DNA of 24,000 nucleotides from Endozoicomonas sp. 8E (GTDB lineage Bacteria; Pseudomonadota; Gammaproteobacteria; Pseudomonadales; Endozoicomonadaceae): NCBI RefSeq assembly GCF_032883915.1, contig NZ_CP120717.1, positions 1,905,697 to 1,929,696 of the forward strand, read 5' to 3'. Shown piece by piece: positions 22,469 to 24,000 of this stretch (position 1 is its first letter; each line of letters starts with the position of its first letter). The notes under the pieces were generated by a model. It saw only the letters and a program-made list of their open reading frames with translations, ran no database searches and was not told where the DNA came from. The position numbers and the translations under genes were made by a program.

Positions 22469-22665
22469 AGTCTTACTCCTTTAAAAATGGCTGCTTTGTT
22501 GCGAGATATCCTAGGATCTGTTGGAAGCAATTGGTATAACAAGGTTGACAGCATTGCTGACAATTTCAGATGAACAGGTTTTACTGGCAGGTTTTTTTGT
22601 GAGGTTAGCTGTTCCGATGTGGCAGCAGGTTTGAGATTCACTGGTCTCTCTGACTGATTTGTGAG

Positions 22666-22692
22666 CAATAAAAAAGGGGTGAACCATCACCC
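22666..22692 (-). terminator. Rho-independent terminator of the AbgT-family gene
   Basis: On the minus strand: GGGGTGA, loop TGGT, TCACCCC, followed by TTTTTTATT. Confidence 0.8.
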
Positions 22693-22717
22693 CAATCTTA
22701 AATGTCCTGTCAGGCAG

Positions 22718-24000
22718 TTAGCCAGCACTGTAGAAAGTCGCCGAGCCCGGTCCAACCGGCAGACCCATTACGAAGACCCAGACGAAGAACAGCACGCTCC
22801 AGCCAATCACGAAGAACATCGAGTAAGGCAGCATCATGGAGATCAGAGTGCCAATACCGAGGTCTTTCTTATAACGTGAAGCAAAGGCAACGATCAGGCC
22901 AAAGTAGCTCATCATTGGCGTGATGATATTGGTGACTGAGTCACCGATACGGTATGCGGCCTGAATGACTTCAGGCGCGTAGCCTACCAGCATCAGCATT
23001 GGCACAAAGATTGGTGCGGTAACGGCCCACTGCGCGGAAGCGGAGCCAATCATCAGGTTTACAAAACCACACATCAGGATGAAAACGGCGAACAGCAGTG
23101 GACCGGTCAGGCCTATGTTCTGAAGGAATTCAGCACCCAGTACCGCAAAGATGGTGCCTAGATTGGTCATGCCAAAGAAAGCGACGAACTGGGCAGCAAA
23201 GAACACCAGGACAATGTACATGCCCATGGTACTCATGCTCTTGGACATGCAATCGATCACGTCTCTGTCATTCTTGACGGTGCCTACCGTTTTACCGTAG
23301 ACAAAGCCGGGAATCGCAAAGAATATCAGGATCATGGCGACAATGCCCTTAAGGAATGGAGAGCCTGCAACAGCACCCGTTTCAGGGTGCCTGAGAACGC
23401 CCCACTCAGGAACAATGGTGAGAGCCATAACACCCATCAAGACCAGTAATGCCATTCCAGCCCGTTTCAGGCCGCGCTTCTCAAGGTCGGTGACTTCTTC
23501 CATTTTGTCTTCAGAAAGATCAACCGAAGCTTCTGATTCATTGTACTTGCCCAGACGAGGCTCAATGATCTTGTTGGTTACCCAGGTACCTACGAAGGTG
23601 ATCAGGAACACACTGACCGACATGAAGTACCAGTTGGCTTCAGGACCCACGACATAAGCCGGATCAATCATTCTGGCGGCCGTTTCTGTGATGCCGGACA
23701 GCAGTGGATCAACAGTACCCAGCAGCAGGTTAGCGCTATAACCACCGGAAACACCGGCAAAAGCGGCAGCCAGACCTGCCAGAGGGTGTCTTCCCAGTGA
23801 GTGGAAGATCATGGCAGCCAGAGGAATAACAACCACGTAGCCCAGTTCAGAAGCAGTATTGGACAGAATACCGGCAAACACAACAATCATGGTTACGGTG
23901 TTGCGGGATGCCTTCATAACCAGAGAGCGAACCAGTGCACTCAGCAATCCGGAGTGTTCTGCAATAGCAACACCCATGAGAGCAACCAGTACGGTGCCCA
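22718..24000 (-). CDS. AbgT/MtrF family transporter (p-aminobenzoyl-glutamate transporter family), C-terminal ~427 codons; the N-terminus lies beyond the right edge
   Basis: The track ORF begins at Met 23977, but the frame stays open to 24000 (..GTVLVALMGVAIAEHSGLLSALV). It is polytopic, with typical AbgT motifs VVFAGILSNTASELGYVV and GVSGGYSANLLLGTVDPLL. Confidence 0.85.
   Translation of the reverse strand, partial: GTVLVALMGVAIAEHSGLLSALVRSLVMKASRNTVTMIVVFAGILSNTASELGYVVVIPLAAMIFHSLGRHPLAGLAAAFAGVSGGYSANLLLGTVDPLLSGITETAARMIDPAYVVGPEANWYFMSVSVFLITFVGTWVTNKIIEPRLGKYNESEASVDLSEDKMEEVTDLEKRGLKRAGMALLVLMGVMALTIVPEWGVLRHPETGAVAGSPFLKGIVAMILIFFAIPGFVYGKTVGTVKNDRDVIDCMSKSMSTMGMYIVLVFFAAQFVAFFGMTNLGTIFAVLGAEFLQNIGLTGPLLFAVFILMCGFVNLMIGSASAQWAVTAPIFVPMLMLVGYAPEVIQAAYRIGDSVTNIITPMMSYFGLIVAFASRYKKDLGIGTLISMMLPYSMFFVIGWSVLFFVWVFVMGLPVGPGSATFYSAG

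Noticed and set aside
1-24000. CRISPR arrays, rRNA genes, prophage or integron structures
   Set aside because: No regularly spaced direct repeats, rRNA-like sequence, integrase, or attC-like sites were seen anywhere in the window.

Overview
The window looks like chromosomal DNA from a gammaproteobacterium. Gene content and order resemble Pseudomonadales or Oceanospirillales, but this is inference only.

Left to right:
- the 5' part of a ddl-like ATP-grasp gene (-)
- a tightly coupled six-gene minus-strand operon built on arsenite methyltransferase ArsM and the radical-SAM enzyme ArsS (arsenosugar type), plus ArsC, an MTAP-family phosphorylase, a GT2 and a DUF2064 protein
- ychF (+)
- a decayed IS607-like element, with a tnpA pseudogene, an apparently intact tnpB, and phased sub-terminal repeats
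- a tRNA operon Met-Gln-Met-Gln with its promoter and terminator
- a yfcA-like TauE/SafE permease, then clsA
- a zrgABCD-like zinc-uptake operon (-), preceded by a DUF2946-like small ORF
- an overlapping cytochrome b562-like / b561-like gene pair
- a periplasmic rhodanese and a PA4642-like small protein
- an AT-rich orphan gene for a 478-aa coiled-coil protein
- an hpt-like PRTase divergent from upp-uraA
- an orphan STAS protein
- most of an AbgT-family transporter (-), which runs off the right edge

Best candidates for new biology:
1. The expanded ArsS/ArsM operon, whose four extra enzymes could supply the unassigned later steps of arsenosugar synthesis.
2. The stranded TnpB element beside the tRNA promoter.
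3. The orphan coiled-coil protein.
4. The His-rich metal module, made up of the zrg-like operon, the DUF2946-like ORF and the His-tagged cytochrome b562.

No CRISPR array or rRNA gene was seen. All family assignments come from motif recognition by eye, not from database searches.
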